Positions 28,261-42,102 of a DNA stretch of 64,000 nucleotides are shown here, in pieces (position 1 is the first letter of the stretch; every line of letters begins with the position of its first letter). The DNA comes from Octopus sinensis. Lineage: Eukaryota. The translations under genes and the position numbers were made by a program. The stretch covers positions 43,586,001-43,650,000 of the forward strand of contig NC_043005.1 in assembly GCF_006345805.1 (NCBI RefSeq), in the 5' to 3' direction. The notes beneath the pieces were generated by a model, which was not told where the DNA came from, did no database searches, and worked only from the letters and a program-made list of their open reading frames with translations.

Positions 28261-29934
28261 GAAAATTTACTGCAAAGTTGCTTATGGCGACTTAACTTCT
28301 TAACTTAAAGTTAGGAAGATGCAATATAAAAAAAAAAAGCAACAGAATGGCTTGAGAAGGAATAACATGTAGCAAAACCTTTTGCAAAAGAGTCACCAAG
28401 TTTCTAGCTTTTTGTGTAGCATTTGTTTACTACAAAACCTTTATGGAATATAAGTTAAACTGAAACTCAAAAATACAAAAAAAATTATTGATAAAAAGGT
28501 AGTAAAAGTATATAAAAAAAACAAGAAAAATGCAACCTATTGAAAACTAACAAGTCATTGTTGAATTCTTTATATTAATCTTCATATCTGACAAAGAAAT
28601 ATTCACTCATCACTTCAAATATTCTCATCCTGATCAGTTTTTAGTCTCACATTTTTCTGTTTAATAAAAACATTTTTATAAATACAATTTGTATATAGAC
28701 TTCCAAAGATTGGCATTTTTTTCCTAGTCAATAAAGCAACCTAATGAAGACACATTGGAGGAATTTATTTATGTTATTATAGTTATTTTGAAAAACAACA
28801 AACAAGAAAAAACAGGAAAGAAAATAAGAAAGTTATTTCTATTAAGTTAAATTTGTTTTCCTTTTATAATTTTTTTTTCAACAAATCTAAAAATCATTTC
28901 TTCCTCTTGAATATTACTTTTAGACAATTTATTATAAATTGAAAAAGAAGCAGAGGAAGAGGGAGAGAGAGAGAGAGAGAGGGGGGATGGAGGGAGAGGA
29001 AGATAGTCTGCAGTCAGAAGACCTGACGGTTGTAGTCTAAATTTATTGAAAGGAATAATTAGTCAACGATTTGATTGGTGTGACAACATTTCTTTAGCAG
29101 TTTACAACAACAGCTTGCTAAATAAAAGGAAGAGCCATACAATAGTCTCAGTTGGAAATACAGAGATAACAAAAGCTAACATCTATGACAAAATTCCTCA
29201 AAATTTTGATATTGCTAAAAGATTTGAATCATTAGATTTGATATTTAGAGATTTCAGTAATTCTGTAGACAACTATGAATTTTTACCATTTTAACAAATT
29301 TTTCTTTTAAGAAAAGAAAAAAAAAATTCATTTGAATTTCAAATAAAAATGTGATAAAATTATATCTATTACATCTGATGTAAAAAAAAAAAAAAGAAAA
29401 TCTCGTCTTATTCCTGCTGCCAATAAACTTGTTTTTTGACAATGTTTTTTGAAACTAAATCTTATAAGAAAGTTTATTCTGAGTCAACATGAAAACAATT
29501 AAGAGAAATGAGCAAATCTGAGAAAGTTTGCATTTAAAAAATGACCAGAAAACAAAGAAAACACTTTCTTACTCAACTAACCCAAGTAATAACTTACATT
29601 TTTTTTTCACTAGATATAACAGATAAAACTTAGATTAGCAGAAATAAAATATTTAGGGGGAAGGTAAAGGAGGTTATGATTAAAGGATTGCTTGACCCCC
29701 CCTAGAGTCGATCCCTGTCAATACCCATTGTTGTTGATGTTGTTGATTACAAGGACAACTCTGATCGAACAAACCTATGACCAAATGCACACCTGATGTA
29801 CTATCTTGTCTTTCTTTTTCATATATCATGGATTATTTTGCTTAATGCTTTCTTCCAATTTTCAAAGACTCTATGGTGGGGACAAAGAAGGGAAGCCAAA
29901 AATGCAAGCTGAAAGTGAACAATCAAATCATTAA

Positions 29935-30690
29935 GCAGGTATTATCCTTCCAAGCTACCTTGGAACTTTGATTACAGAAGACAAGATATATGAAGGAGAT
30001 CAAAAGACGAACCGTACTCTGAGCACCAAGACTGGGATCTGCTTTATTAAACTGCTGTGTATACCCTGTGTTAATGTATGGAAGTGAAATATAGTCTGTA
30101 ACATCAGAAATGAGATGGTGCTTGGGGAGCTGTTGTTGTTAAGCAACAAGATGGGTAAGGGTGATTAGGTGATGGTCTAGGGCTTAGGAGCGGGGGACCC
30201 CAGACCTTGAAAAAACAACATTGGTCGTCTTGTTGTAGTCAAGGGCTCTTCATTGACGCCCGGCACCACTGGGAGGTGGCCCTCAAAGTCGTTGGAAATG
30301 GAGATCTCCAGGTCCAAATTCTTGAACAGCTGCTTGGAGAGCTGTGAAATGTGGTTCTTAAGAAGGATATTGATTATAACATGGAGAAAGTGTCTAATGA
30401 AGAAATGTTAGACTGGGCTGTGGTAAATAGGGGAACTGCTTTATAAAGTAAGAGCAAGTAGCTGAGATTTCTTGGTCATATGATGAGAAACAAGGGCTTG
30501 GAGAATTTAGCAATGACTGGAAAATTTGAAGGGAAAAGAAACAGAGGAAGGAGAAGGATGATATGGATGTCAAGCTTCATGAAATGGTTGAAAGAAAGAT
30601 GCACCCTGTTACAGAAAACAAAGAAAAGAGAATTGTGGCTGGACATGATTGCCTATGTCCTACACTCTGGACATGGCAGCTAAAGAAGAA
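29935..30690 (+). mobile_element. Decayed RTE-clade LINE ORF2 3' fragment, interrupted by an insertion
   Basis: Remnants LMYGSE and FLGHMMRNKGLENLAMTGKFEGKRNRGRRRMIW are typical of RTE C-termini. Confidence 0.8.
30134..30330 (-). mobile_element. 197-bp retroposed insert with an (AAC)n tail and a 15-bp TSD
   Basis: TGCTTGG(G/A)GAGCTGT at 30119-30133 and 30331-30345. The minus strand ends TTAACAACA(AC). Confidence 0.7.
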
Positions 30691-31459
30691 TGTGTGATTT
30701 AAGAAAGATCAGATCAACTCATGACAACCTCATGTAGTACATCTTAGAGCAGCATTTGGGAATAGATCTAACTTTGATAGGGTACTGGTCAATTGGGATA
30801 AATCTAAAAGGTTCGACCATCACAGCCTGGCACCTGTACCTAGGTGCAGCTGATTTCAGTCCCATCTTCTAAGGATCTTATCACCACCATGGTACAAACT
30901 AGAGCTTATACATCTGCAGAAATAGTTGGACTACTCCAACTATGATGAGGACAACGAAAATGAACTAGTTTGTTCGTGCTTCATTTGACACATCTTTCTG
31001 CTGCTTGCACCTTTGACCTAACTGCAATCTTAGGTTAGTTTAACTTAGACCGAAGTCAATCTTAGGGTATCTAAAATATTGCCAGGTGCTTACAGCCCTC
31101 TGCCACCTAGATAACACCATTAATGATAAAACAACTCTCATATTTTATAGAGAATTAGTGGAAGGTATGAATGATGATTGTCTAGAATGGCCCAGAGCAT
31201 CAATGAGAATGGCCTAAATTGTCTCTTCTGGAGACCTTTCAAGTTGAGGACTATGGAGAACTTCCGCAGACTCTTGACATAGAAGAAATACAGAGTAGTA
31301 TTACCTGTTCAAGACAAGAAATGCCCAGCAGCCAAACTTGCCTAAGAAGAGTGTTGATTGGTGGAACAGTCTTGCACATTATCATCCAGTGTCCTTGCAT
31401 TTCCAATTTGTCAGTTTGTATCTATATATACACATACATATATATATATATGTATGTAG

Positions 31460-32579
31460 TCAGTAGTGGGGGTAGGTGTGCTGAAAGTGTAACGGCTAGA
31501 GTAAGAATAGCCTGGGCAAAGTTTAGGGAGCTCTTACCTCTGCTGTTGACTAAAGGCCTCTCGCTCAGAGTAAAAGGCAGACTGTATGATGCATGTGTAC
31601 AAACAGCCATGCTACATGGCAGTGAAACATGGGCCATGACTGCTGAGGACATGCGTAAAGTCGCGCAAAATGAAGCCAGTATGCTCCGATGGATGTGTAA
31701 TGTTAGTGTGCATGCTCGACAGAGCGTTGGTACCCTGAGAGAAATGTTGGACCTAAGGAGCATCAGTTGTGGTGTGCAAGAGAGACGATTGCGCTGGTAT
31801 GGTCATGTGGCGAGAATGGATGAAGATAGGTGTGTGAAAAAGTGCCAATCCCTAGCAGTGGAGGGAACCCGTGGAAGAGGTAGACCCAGGAAAACTTGGG
31901 GCGAAGTGGTGAAGCACGACCTTCGAACTTTATGTCTCACTGAGGAAATGACCAGCGACCTTTGGAAATATGCTGTGCGTGAAAAGACCAGGCAGGACAA
32001 GTGAGTCCAGCCCACTTATGCATGCCTTTCCTCCCTTGGACACACAAAGACCTGTTGAGGCAAGCGAAGTCGATATCGAACCTCATCCGACGACAGACAC
32101 CTGTTGGGGCAAGTGAAATCGAAATTGGAATCGAAATTGAACCAATCCTATGACTGGCACCCGGCAGATGCCAGGACCACTGGACTGGAGATATGTAAAA
32201 AGCACTATCCGAATCATGGCCGATGCCAGCGCCGCCTCGACTGGCTTCCATGTCAGTGGCACGTAAAAAGCACCATCTAAATCGTGGCCGAAGCCAGTGC
32301 CACCTCGACTGGCTTCCGTGCCAGTGGCACGTAAAATGCACCAATCCGACCGTGGCCGATGCCAGCCTCGCCTGGCACCAGTGCAGGTGGCACGTAAAAA
32401 GCACCCACTACACTCACGGAGTGGTTGGCATTAAGAAGGGCATCCAGTTGTAGAAACATTGCCAGATAAGACCGGAGCCTGGTGCAGCCTTCTGGCTTCC
32501 CAGATCCCCAGTCGAACCGTCCAACCCACGCTAGCATGGAGAACGGACGTTAAACGATGATGATGATGATGATGATGAT
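31460..32579 (+). mobile_element. 5'-truncated RTE-clade LINE with an open ORF2 C-terminus, 3' UTR and (GAT)n tail
   Basis: ARVRIAWAKFREL...MLHGSETW...RRLRWYGHVARM...GRGRPRKTW ends at the stop at 32002-32004. The UTR carries GGCACGTAAAAAGCACC repeats. Non-coding derivatives of this 3' end lie near 11700(-), 19000, 34595, 60232 and 63350. Confidence 0.9.
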
Positions 32580-34491
32580 ATATATATATATAATAATCAT
32601 ATTCACAATGATTTTGAAGTTTCAGCTGGCTAAGTCATTGTTGGGTAGTCCAACGATGGCTTAGCTACTCAAAACTTTGTAGTCACTGTCAACAATATTC
32701 TTGTTTAATATTAATAAGTTTGTACTTTACAACAGTATAGAGTAAACCATCAGATTAATGCAAAATATATATACATATATACAGATTTATACACATGCAC
32801 GCACGCACACACACACACACCACACACACACACACACACACATTGCCATGTCAGTTAATTAAATTCTACAAAATGAGTTGCTGAGATATTTAGGCAATGA
32901 TAATTTCAGTGGAATTCTTTCCTTGAAAAAGAACTATTTAATTTTCGCTTTAGTTCAGTTAAATAACATACCATGAAATGGCCCCCTTAACCCTTACAGT
33001 CTTGAAATAAATAAATAAATAAAGAAAGAAAGAAAGAAATGTGCTCCTTGCCTGATTGCTTGAAAGAAACAAGTAGCAGAAATTTATTTTGTTTGCTATA
33101 TTATTACAACTGTACCGAATAACTGCTTTGATGCTGTCAAAATTATATGAGAATTCTTGTAGAATCTAGCAGTTGACAATGTGATTTCTATACCTGCTTG
33201 AGTGGACTAATACCGAGAGCTGGCTTACTTTTCAAGCAGAAGTTTATAAACTTGACTCTGTATGCATTGTAAGCAATTTACTTAAGTGTCTTTGTTTCAC
33301 TGTTTGTTCTTATAATGTATCAGCTCAGAATCTTATTGTGGAACATTTTGAAACCTTTTAACACCTCTTCTTTATCGTGTTTTTTTTTATACTTGTTTTT
33401 GTCATTGGACTGCTGGGAAACCACCACCTTGAAGGAGTTTATTTTTTTAAACAAACAAATCACCACCAATATTTATTTTTAAAATCTGTTCGTTTTTATG
33501 AAACTGCCAAGTTATGAGGACATAAATTAACCAATAACAGTTGCCAAGGGAAAGGCACAAATACAAAAGGGGACACACACATACACACACGCACACATGT
33601 GCATGCACGCACACATGTGCATGCACGCACACACATACTATGGGCTTCTTTCAGTTTCTGTCTATCAAATCCACTTACAACACTTTGGATAGCCTGGGGG
33701 CTATAGTAGAAGACACTTGCCTAAGGTATCACATTGTGAAACTGAACCCAAAACCACATGGTTGGGAGGCAATCATCTTACCACATAGTCCTCTGTTGAC
33801 CATTTTGAAGCTTTAACAATTTTGTTTTACACACGAAAGTTAATTGTAAAAACTAAATATCAAATTAAATAAATTGAATAAATTTTTCATCAAAATACTA
33901 GTTAATGTGAAATGTGATAAAAAAAAGCATTTTTTTTTTAGGTATAATGATAATTCTTTGGATTAATAAATTTTATGACACATATATTTCACTTATGAGG
34001 AATGGATCTTGGAAGACTAATCTATTAATTCTGGCAGGTGATAATCTATTCTTGTCAAGTTTTTGTCTAAACTGATCTCCAGGCAAAATTTCTAGTTAGA
34101 TTTTAATGTAATTTAACTTTGTCAAAAGAGTTTTCAAATGATAAAGTCTACACTTTGCGGAAAAAGTATAAGACCAAAACAAGTTCAGAGTTACCTCTCA
34201 TAGTTGTCAACAAAATTAAAATATTTCGGTGATTGGGTTAATGTTTGCTCGCTCACCATATAAATATTTCTAATTAGATTTTTGATGCTCACTACATTAA
34301 ATATGTTAACACTAACTTAACTGTTGTGTTTTTTGTGCTGATGGTGTCCCTGACCAATAAACATGAATGATTTATTTCTTACAGCACTTTTTAGTTAGTC
34401 TTAATTGAAACAGATGTTTTACATACAGATATACATATTTGCATACATACAAACATACATACATATATGTCTGTGTGTGTATGTCAATGAA

Positions 34492-34549
<58 letters not shown>

Positions 34550-34912
34550 ATGTATATATATATATATATATATATGAAAGAAAAAAGATGTTATGTTCAT
34601 TGGCACGTAAAAAGCACCATCCAATTTTGGCCGTTGCCAGCCTCACCTGGCCCCCGTGCCGGTGGCACGTAAAAAGCACTATCCGACCATGGCCGTTTGC
34701 CAGCCCCATCTGGCACCTGTGCCGGTGGCACGTAAAAAGCACCCACTACACTCACGGAGTGGTTGGCGTTAGGAAGGGCATCCAGCCGTAGAAACATTGC
34801 CAGATCAGACTGGGCCTGGTGCAGCCTTCTGGCTCCCAGACCCCAGTTGAACCATCCAACCCATGCTAGCATGGAAAGCGGACGCTAAATGATGATTATG
34901 ATGATGATGATA

Positions 34913-35415
34913 TCTATATATATAAAACTGTAGTTGTGTGAGTGTCTGTCCCCTTCGATTTAGCTTCCTAACTACTCCCACATTTTGCGGTGCAGTTTAA
35001 CCAAATTCGGGTATCTTATAGTCGTGATTCATATCGAGCCCGTCTGAGTATTAGCTCGTGTCTACGATGAGTCTACGATTTTAAAAATAATTTAACATAA
35101 TTTTTTATTCCATTTTAATGCATAATTTTTCGTGTGTCGATGGCGGCGGAGTTGGCGTCCATGGTCACACCTGCTTCTCCCCCTTCTTCCCTCCCTTGTG
35201 AATCTGTGGGGAAGGGAGTGTAAGGAAATCAACGTCGTAATGCGTTGTCAAGGAGACCAGCGTTCTTTTAGAACAACGACTTCATGGCTTGAAGACACCA
35301 AAACAGAAATGGCTAAGAAAGCCCGAATTGGCATCTATAAGGGAAGTAACTCTCTAAAAATGCTTATATAGTTATTTCCCTTACAAACCCGAGCAACGCC
35401 GGGTGATACTGCTAG
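34913..35415 (+). mobile_element. Non-autonomous Helitron with GC-rich cargo
   Basis: A|TC 5' end, CCCGAGCAACGCCGGG hairpin, CTAG|T 3' end. Confidence 0.85.
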
Positions 35416-35778
35416 TATATATATAAGTTAGGACAAAAAGAACATAACAAGCAGAATTGAACAAAAAAACAACATTCAGAAAAATAGATGATGACGTAAA
35501 ATAAGCAATAATATAATGAACAGGAAACAGGACAGAAATAAGATACACGGACCATTCACAGTAGATTTCCTCATCAGTCGGTTTCTGGAAAGTCCTTATA
35601 GTTTTACACATCTCTAGTACTGTGACTATTTGAATCCAGCAAGGTAACAGGGACTTAAGCTAAAAGCATTAAGCCTATATATATGTAATTCCTTTAAAGC
35701 CACAATACATGTATTAAATAATATGTATCTCTCTCACTAGATGGAATACTTTTGAATTTTGTTCATGGATCAGTACAT

Positions 35779-35816
<38 letters not shown>

Positions 35817-35839
35817 TATATGCATATATATATACATAC

Positions 35840-35870
<31 letters not shown>

Positions 35871-36078
35871 TAAAAACCAAAGAACAAACACAAGAAAAAA
35901 CAACAATGTGAGGATATGGTACATGTAAAGTATTAGCAGACGCTCAGAGAAGGAAAGAAAGGTTTTATGTTTTGGGCAAATCCCTTTGTCAGAAAGAGGA
36001 GACGGAGGAAAGCCCAAGAGTAAAGAAAGACGGAGGGAAAAAAATCACCAATGATTCACATGATTACATTTATATATA

Positions 36079-36141
<63 letters not shown>

Positions 36142-36154
36142 ATGCATGTATATA

Positions 36155-36192
<38 letters not shown>

Positions 36193-36202
36193 GTGTATGT
36201 GT

Positions 36203-36250
<48 letters not shown>

Positions 36251-37348
36251 GTATGTATGTATGTCCCAGCAGCTGTTTTATAAATCTATGATAGATGATT
36301 GCTGCCCTTTCAAACATCTGCCAGTCTATCACAAAGTATGATTAATTTGTAACTATTAACCAGACAAAATAATGCCAATAGCAATAATTACTGATTTCAT
36401 TCAACTGATCCAACATATTCCTATTTATAAATAGAATCCATAAACCGCCCATGTTTTATAAATGTTCTTATTTATAAATTTATATTTATCATAGCATTGC
36501 ATTATTTAGTTAATGATTTTGAGATTTTTAAGGATGTCTTTAGTATTGTTCTATAGTTAACATTCTTGGAAATAATATCTTCAAACTCATTTCATTACAC
36601 TAAATATTTCTGTTATATGTTGAATTTTCTATAGTTATGGTTGCTGAAAGCATAGCAGTTGAGCTTGATTGATCATGTTTAATATTCCATTTATGTGTTT
36701 GTCAAGGTTTGTTCAAAGCAAAATACTTGAACTTGTTTCGTTAAAGTATTATTTAAGCATTCAAAGCCTTTGATTTTGTTTCATATTTGGGCTTGTTTAA
36801 AACATAAACTTACAGTAATGATTTTGATTATGTCTCCAAATTTGTTCCATAAGTAGGTACAATGGTCAAATATACGTTTACAACTAGTAGAATAATATTA
36901 TGAATTTTTGGAAACATTCTTTATGAGAAGAAGGGCCATTTTTCGTTGATAAGCTAAGATTAGAAATATACAGAGCAGAGTAAAATTAGTAGTGCAATTA
37001 ATTTGGAACTTGAAAAGTTATAGGATTAATAATATAATGTAAGCACAGATGGTATAGAAAGGAATTAATTTAAAAATCTGAATGTGATGTTTAATAAAAG
37101 TTTAGAATGAAAGAAAGAAATAGAAAATATTCTAAGCTCTGTTTTAATTTCTTATAACATTAGTATAAAATATTGTATATTTGAAGAATACAATGGAAAA
37201 TATGAGATAAAGATATTATCTTTGAAGTGTCTTACTGTCTTTAGTGTAATACAAAAGATTTCATTCTCATTTCAGTAACAAAATACTAGGTATAAGGCCA
37301 TACAAAATGAAACAGTAAACAACATTGGTATGAATAACTTGAAAGTAA

Positions 37349-37380
<32 letters not shown>

Positions 37381-37399
37381 TGTGTATGGTGTATGTATA

Positions 37400-37440
<41 letters not shown>

Positions 37441-38713
37441 TATATACATATATATATATACATATATATAATATATACATATATATATATATGTATGTAT
37501 GTATGTATGTATATACACACACACACACATATGTGTGTATATATGTATGCATATAGACATATACACACACATGTGTATATATATATATATGCATACATGT
37601 ATATGCATACATATATATATATGTATATATATATATATATGTATGTATGTATGTATATATATATATATATATATAAATTTATATAAATGTATGTGTATAC
37701 ACACACATACATATATATGAAATATATCATGTAATTAAAAAATATTAATTAAAGAAAAATATTAATTTGAAAATCAGTACAATGTTGCCACTTAGACCAT
37801 ATATCATATCACTTTCTGCAAAAGAATGATTTGAAACAATTTAGTGTGGAGTGATGTTTTTTCTATCAAAACATTTCATAAATAATTAAGCTGAAGTCAA
37901 ATCGGTTGGTGCAACATAAGATAATTGACAATAATAATAATTTATTTCAGTGAAATATTTCTATATTCTTTTATTTCAGAAATTCCAGTTACAACATACT
38001 ATAATTACAGAGTTTGAAGATAAATGCAAAACAATATGACTAAACACAAAGAGAAAATTTAGTTATATATTATTATCTGACAACAAGATATCCTTTTATT
38101 TTCATACTAATAACACTCTTCTAGAAGAGTCTATAATCTTCAGCTTTTGCTAAAGGCTTGTTTTAAATGCAAAGAATTCTTTCTTTTTTTTTTCTTTTAT
38201 AAATATAAAAAGTAAATTCAAATATATGAATCACATGGTATGTTTTTCAATTTCAGATAGCTTTTGGCATCAGATTTAGAATTAGTTAATAGCATTATCG
38301 TATTTCATGAAGCCTAAAGCCTTGTTTAAGAGCTAATTTAATTTTCTTATAGTAAATATTTAATCTTTTACAAAGATTCTAAGCTAGTCAGAAACTGATT
38401 GAATGAAGTGACAAATTGAAAAATAGTTGTTATATCTTAGCAATATTCATCCTATTAATTAAGTCTTCTTTCTTTTCTTTTCTTTTTATTTTTCTCTCAA
38501 CTCCAATGAATAGCAAGTTTTTGTTACATGTTCTCAATACAGAGTTTAGCCTTTGATATCTTCAAATAAAATCTGTAATAAAAAACTTTAACTATTAAAA
38601 TAAGAAGAAATTCATTGAAAACATTGTTCTGTGACAAAATTTGTGGGACAATTTGTTTAGAGTGTTGTACTAGATCTTCCGTTTTTACTACCCTGTAAAC
38701 ACTAACAATAATA

Positions 38714-38732
38714 TTATTGACCAATAATGACA

Positions 38733-38766
<34 letters not shown>

Positions 38767-38822
38767 CGACAACGTCGATGATGATGATGATGAAGATTAT
38801 AATAAGCCTGACGATGACAATT

Positions 38823-38854
<32 letters not shown>

Positions 38855-39145
38855 GGTGGTGGTGTTGATGATGTCGACAACGACGACAATGATGATGATG
38901 ATGACAATGATGATGATGACAATAATGAGGATGAGGTGGAAGAAGACGCTGACAATGGCCATGACAATGATGATGATGATGATGATGATGAAGATTATGA
39001 TGAGAATGATGATAACGATGATGATGATGATGATGTCGACAACAACGACAGTGGTGATGATGACAATGATGAGGATGAGGTGGAGGAAGACACTGACAAT
39101 GGCCATAGCAATGATGACGATGATGATGATCATCATCATCATAAT
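38714..39145. repeat. (GAT)n-rich tract with an internal ~163-bp higher-order duplication
   Basis: GAGGATGAGGTGGA(A/G)GAAGAC(G/A)CTGACAATGGCCAT occurs twice. Confidence 0.85.
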
Positions 39146-39405
39146 GATGATATTTTTTTTTTATTACAAGGATTGTAATGAACACAGACCATACTTTACA
39201 CAGCGAATATAAAATATAATGTACATGCAATTTTTTTGTTTTTCTTTTTTAAATCATTATTGGAAAATAATTAAATAGATAAATAAGATAGATTAGGGTC
39301 GAACAGGGGCATCCCACCAAATTGTTGCTGCTCTTTATTCTGCACAAATTACTCTTCTCTACAACATCTAGTTGATGTAATTAACCACCTCAATTATAGG
39401 CACCA

Positions 39406-39445
<40 letters not shown>

Positions 39446-40327
39446 CTGCCATCAGGTTTTTGTAATGGAGAGAAATTTTCTTTTTGAACTTTGTTTCACT
39501 TTAATGTTTACAGTCTAATGATATGATCTTTAGTTCTTTAGTATATTTAATATTCATCATGGCTAAGACCATACTGGAACCCCAGATGTACTTTATATAC
39601 TTAAATATATAAGTTACATTAGTAGCTAATCGTTTATATTTTTTTTATTAATTTCAGTCAATAGACTGTGGCCATGCTGGGGCACTGTCTCAAAGAATTT
39701 TTAGTGAAAGGAATTGACCCCAGGGCTTTTAACTTTAAAATCTCTGGCACTTGTTCTATCAATCTCTTTTACTGAACTGCTAAGTTATGGGCACATAAAC
39801 AGACCAACACCAATTGTCAAACAGTGGTGGGAGACACACAGACATAAGGACACACACATATATGTGTTGGGCTTCTTTCAGTTTCCATCTATCAAATCCA
39901 CTCACACGGATTTGTTTGGCCCAAGACTATAGTAAAAGATACTTTCCCAAGGGGCCATGCAGTGGGACTGAACCCAGAACCATTTGGTAGGGAAGCAAGC
40001 TTCTTACCACACAGCCATGCCTATGCTGAATTTATAATATTTTGGTTTCAGCCTTTGACCTATCCATAGAACAAATGTTGCTCTGGTTGACTATTACTTG
40101 TACTTTAAACAGCTGTGTTTAAATAATAAATACATTTAGCTGAAAAAATCCCATTTAATGCTAATACAGTCGAGTAAAATCGGAAAACTGTAGATATCAT
40201 AGGAATGGATATCTATAATCTTTCAGACTAACGTGTACTTTTAAATCACTGTTCCTGATTGGCTGACAATATAAGCAACATCTAATGGAATTTAAGATTG
40301 TAGTCAATCTACAGAAAAGTGAGCGCA

Positions 40328-40590
40328 TATGTATGTATGTATGTAGTATGTATGTATGTATGTATGTATGTATGTATGTTGTATGTATGTATGTATGTAT
40401 GTATGTATGTATGTGTGTGTGTGTGTATGTATGTATTATGTATGTATGTATGATGTATGTATGTATGTATGTATGCATGTGTGTATGTATGTATGTATGT
40501 ATGTATGTATGTATGTATGTATGTATGTGTGTGTGTATGTATGTATGTATGTATGTATGTATGTATGTATGTATGTATGTATGTATGCAT
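40328..40590. repeat. (TATG)n microsatellite
   Basis: Direct inspection. Similar tracts lie near 43220, 54320 and 57730. Confidence 0.95.
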
Positions 40591-40789
40591 ATTGCATACA
40601 TGAATAGTGTGTATATGCAAATTCTTGAGACTTTATTTTGTCACTGCTGCATTTGTGAATCTAATTAAGGTTGAGCAATTGCATTTAGTTTTGTGCTTGA
40701 CATCATCACTGGGTATTTGTTTGCAATTTTGATTTTCATAATGAACCATGAAATGACATGACCAACTTGTTCAAGATACTCATTGACTG

Positions 40790-40834
<45 letters not shown>

Positions 40835-41236
40835 TGTTTGTCCAATACACATGCTGTGAATTTAAAGCTCAAAGTAAGGTTTGATTGATAATTTGAATGT
40901 AGTGTTTTTGTGCATTTCCCAACCTTCCTTTTCTTCTTTTGTTAAAAAAAAAATGTCACTTGTGAGTTTTCATGATACTCAATGGATAACTACAGTGCTC
41001 TAATTTCTTGTAAATTCTTTGATAAGCTGACTACTGTTTATTAATTACATTATTGCTTAGACATAGTTTTAGTTGTAATTTTCAAACTCAATGTTTACTA
41101 GAAAGGGTTGCATATACTAGCTACAATCTCTGTTTGAATGCAAGTCTAGATACTCAACTAAGGGTTGTGATTCTTGTTCATTACTCTCACAGTTGACAGC
41201 TGAAATTCAAGGGTTATACTGTGGGGAAAATGTACC

Positions 41237-42102
41237 ACAAACAGCATAACAAAGCTAGCCCATCATACAAGAAGTTTGGTAGATATTGCACTTTACTTTA
41301 TGCTTACATAACTCCAACCAAGATAAAACAAGATGTACCAAGAGTGAATGCTAACACCTACTCTATGAGAGCTTTTCTAACTAAATAAGTTTTGTGGCTT
41401 AGAAGAACAACTTGCAGGTCTACCAATCATTTCAATCTCCATTATGGGAGTTTAATAACACGAGATAAACTCCCATAATGGCTTTTGGTGCAAAATACAC
41501 TCTTGTTTATATCACTAGCAGAGAGATAACACCCACTAGATCACATGATTTTGTCCTTCTTTGGTCTGGTCAGTGATGGATGCTCAACCACAAGAAAAGA
41601 GCAGTAACTCATCTCCTCACTAGTGATATATAGAATGACAGTGCTAGAGCAGACGCTGGCATTGTGATTTGCCACTGAGCTAATCTAAAACTTTGCTAGA
41701 TGTGACATGAAACAGAGACTTCAGCAACCAGACAGCTGCACAAATGGGACATGATCACAAAAACTCCTCTGGTCGTGGTACAAGTTCCAACTGTAATGAT
41801 CTCATCAGGCCTTGTGTTTCTAGAACTATATCAGCTAATGTGTCTTTTCTCTAATCATGTGAGAAGATGGTACCAAAGAGAAAGGATGCATTTAATTGAG
41901 AGATTGAAATGATTGGTAGACCTGCAAGTTGTTCTTCTAAGCCACAAAACTTATTTAGTTAGAAAAGCTCTCATAGAGTAGGTGTTAGCATTCACTCTTG
42001 GTACATCTTGTTTTATCTTGGTTGGAGTTATGTAAGCATAAAGTAAAGTGCAATATCTACCAAACTTCTTGTATGATGGGCTAGCTTTGTTATGCTGTTT
42101 GT
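41237..42102. repeat. 203-bp perfect inverted repeat with a 460-bp spacer
   Basis: 41237-41439 is the reverse complement of 41900-42102, with no mismatch found by eye. Confidence 0.95.

Noticed and set aside
31219-31460. N-terminal part of the 261-aa ORF
   Set aside because: It reads through unrelated decayed sequence and a (TA)n tract by chance. Only the part after ~31460 is RTE ORF2.
38714-39230. Poly-Asp, poly-His or poly-Met protein
   Set aside because: A (GAT)n tract open in most frames on both strands, with no flanking splice sites.
40164-40179. ATACAGTCGAGTAAAA repeated at 54655, a possible DNA-transposon TIR
   Set aside because: No inverted partner was found near either copy.
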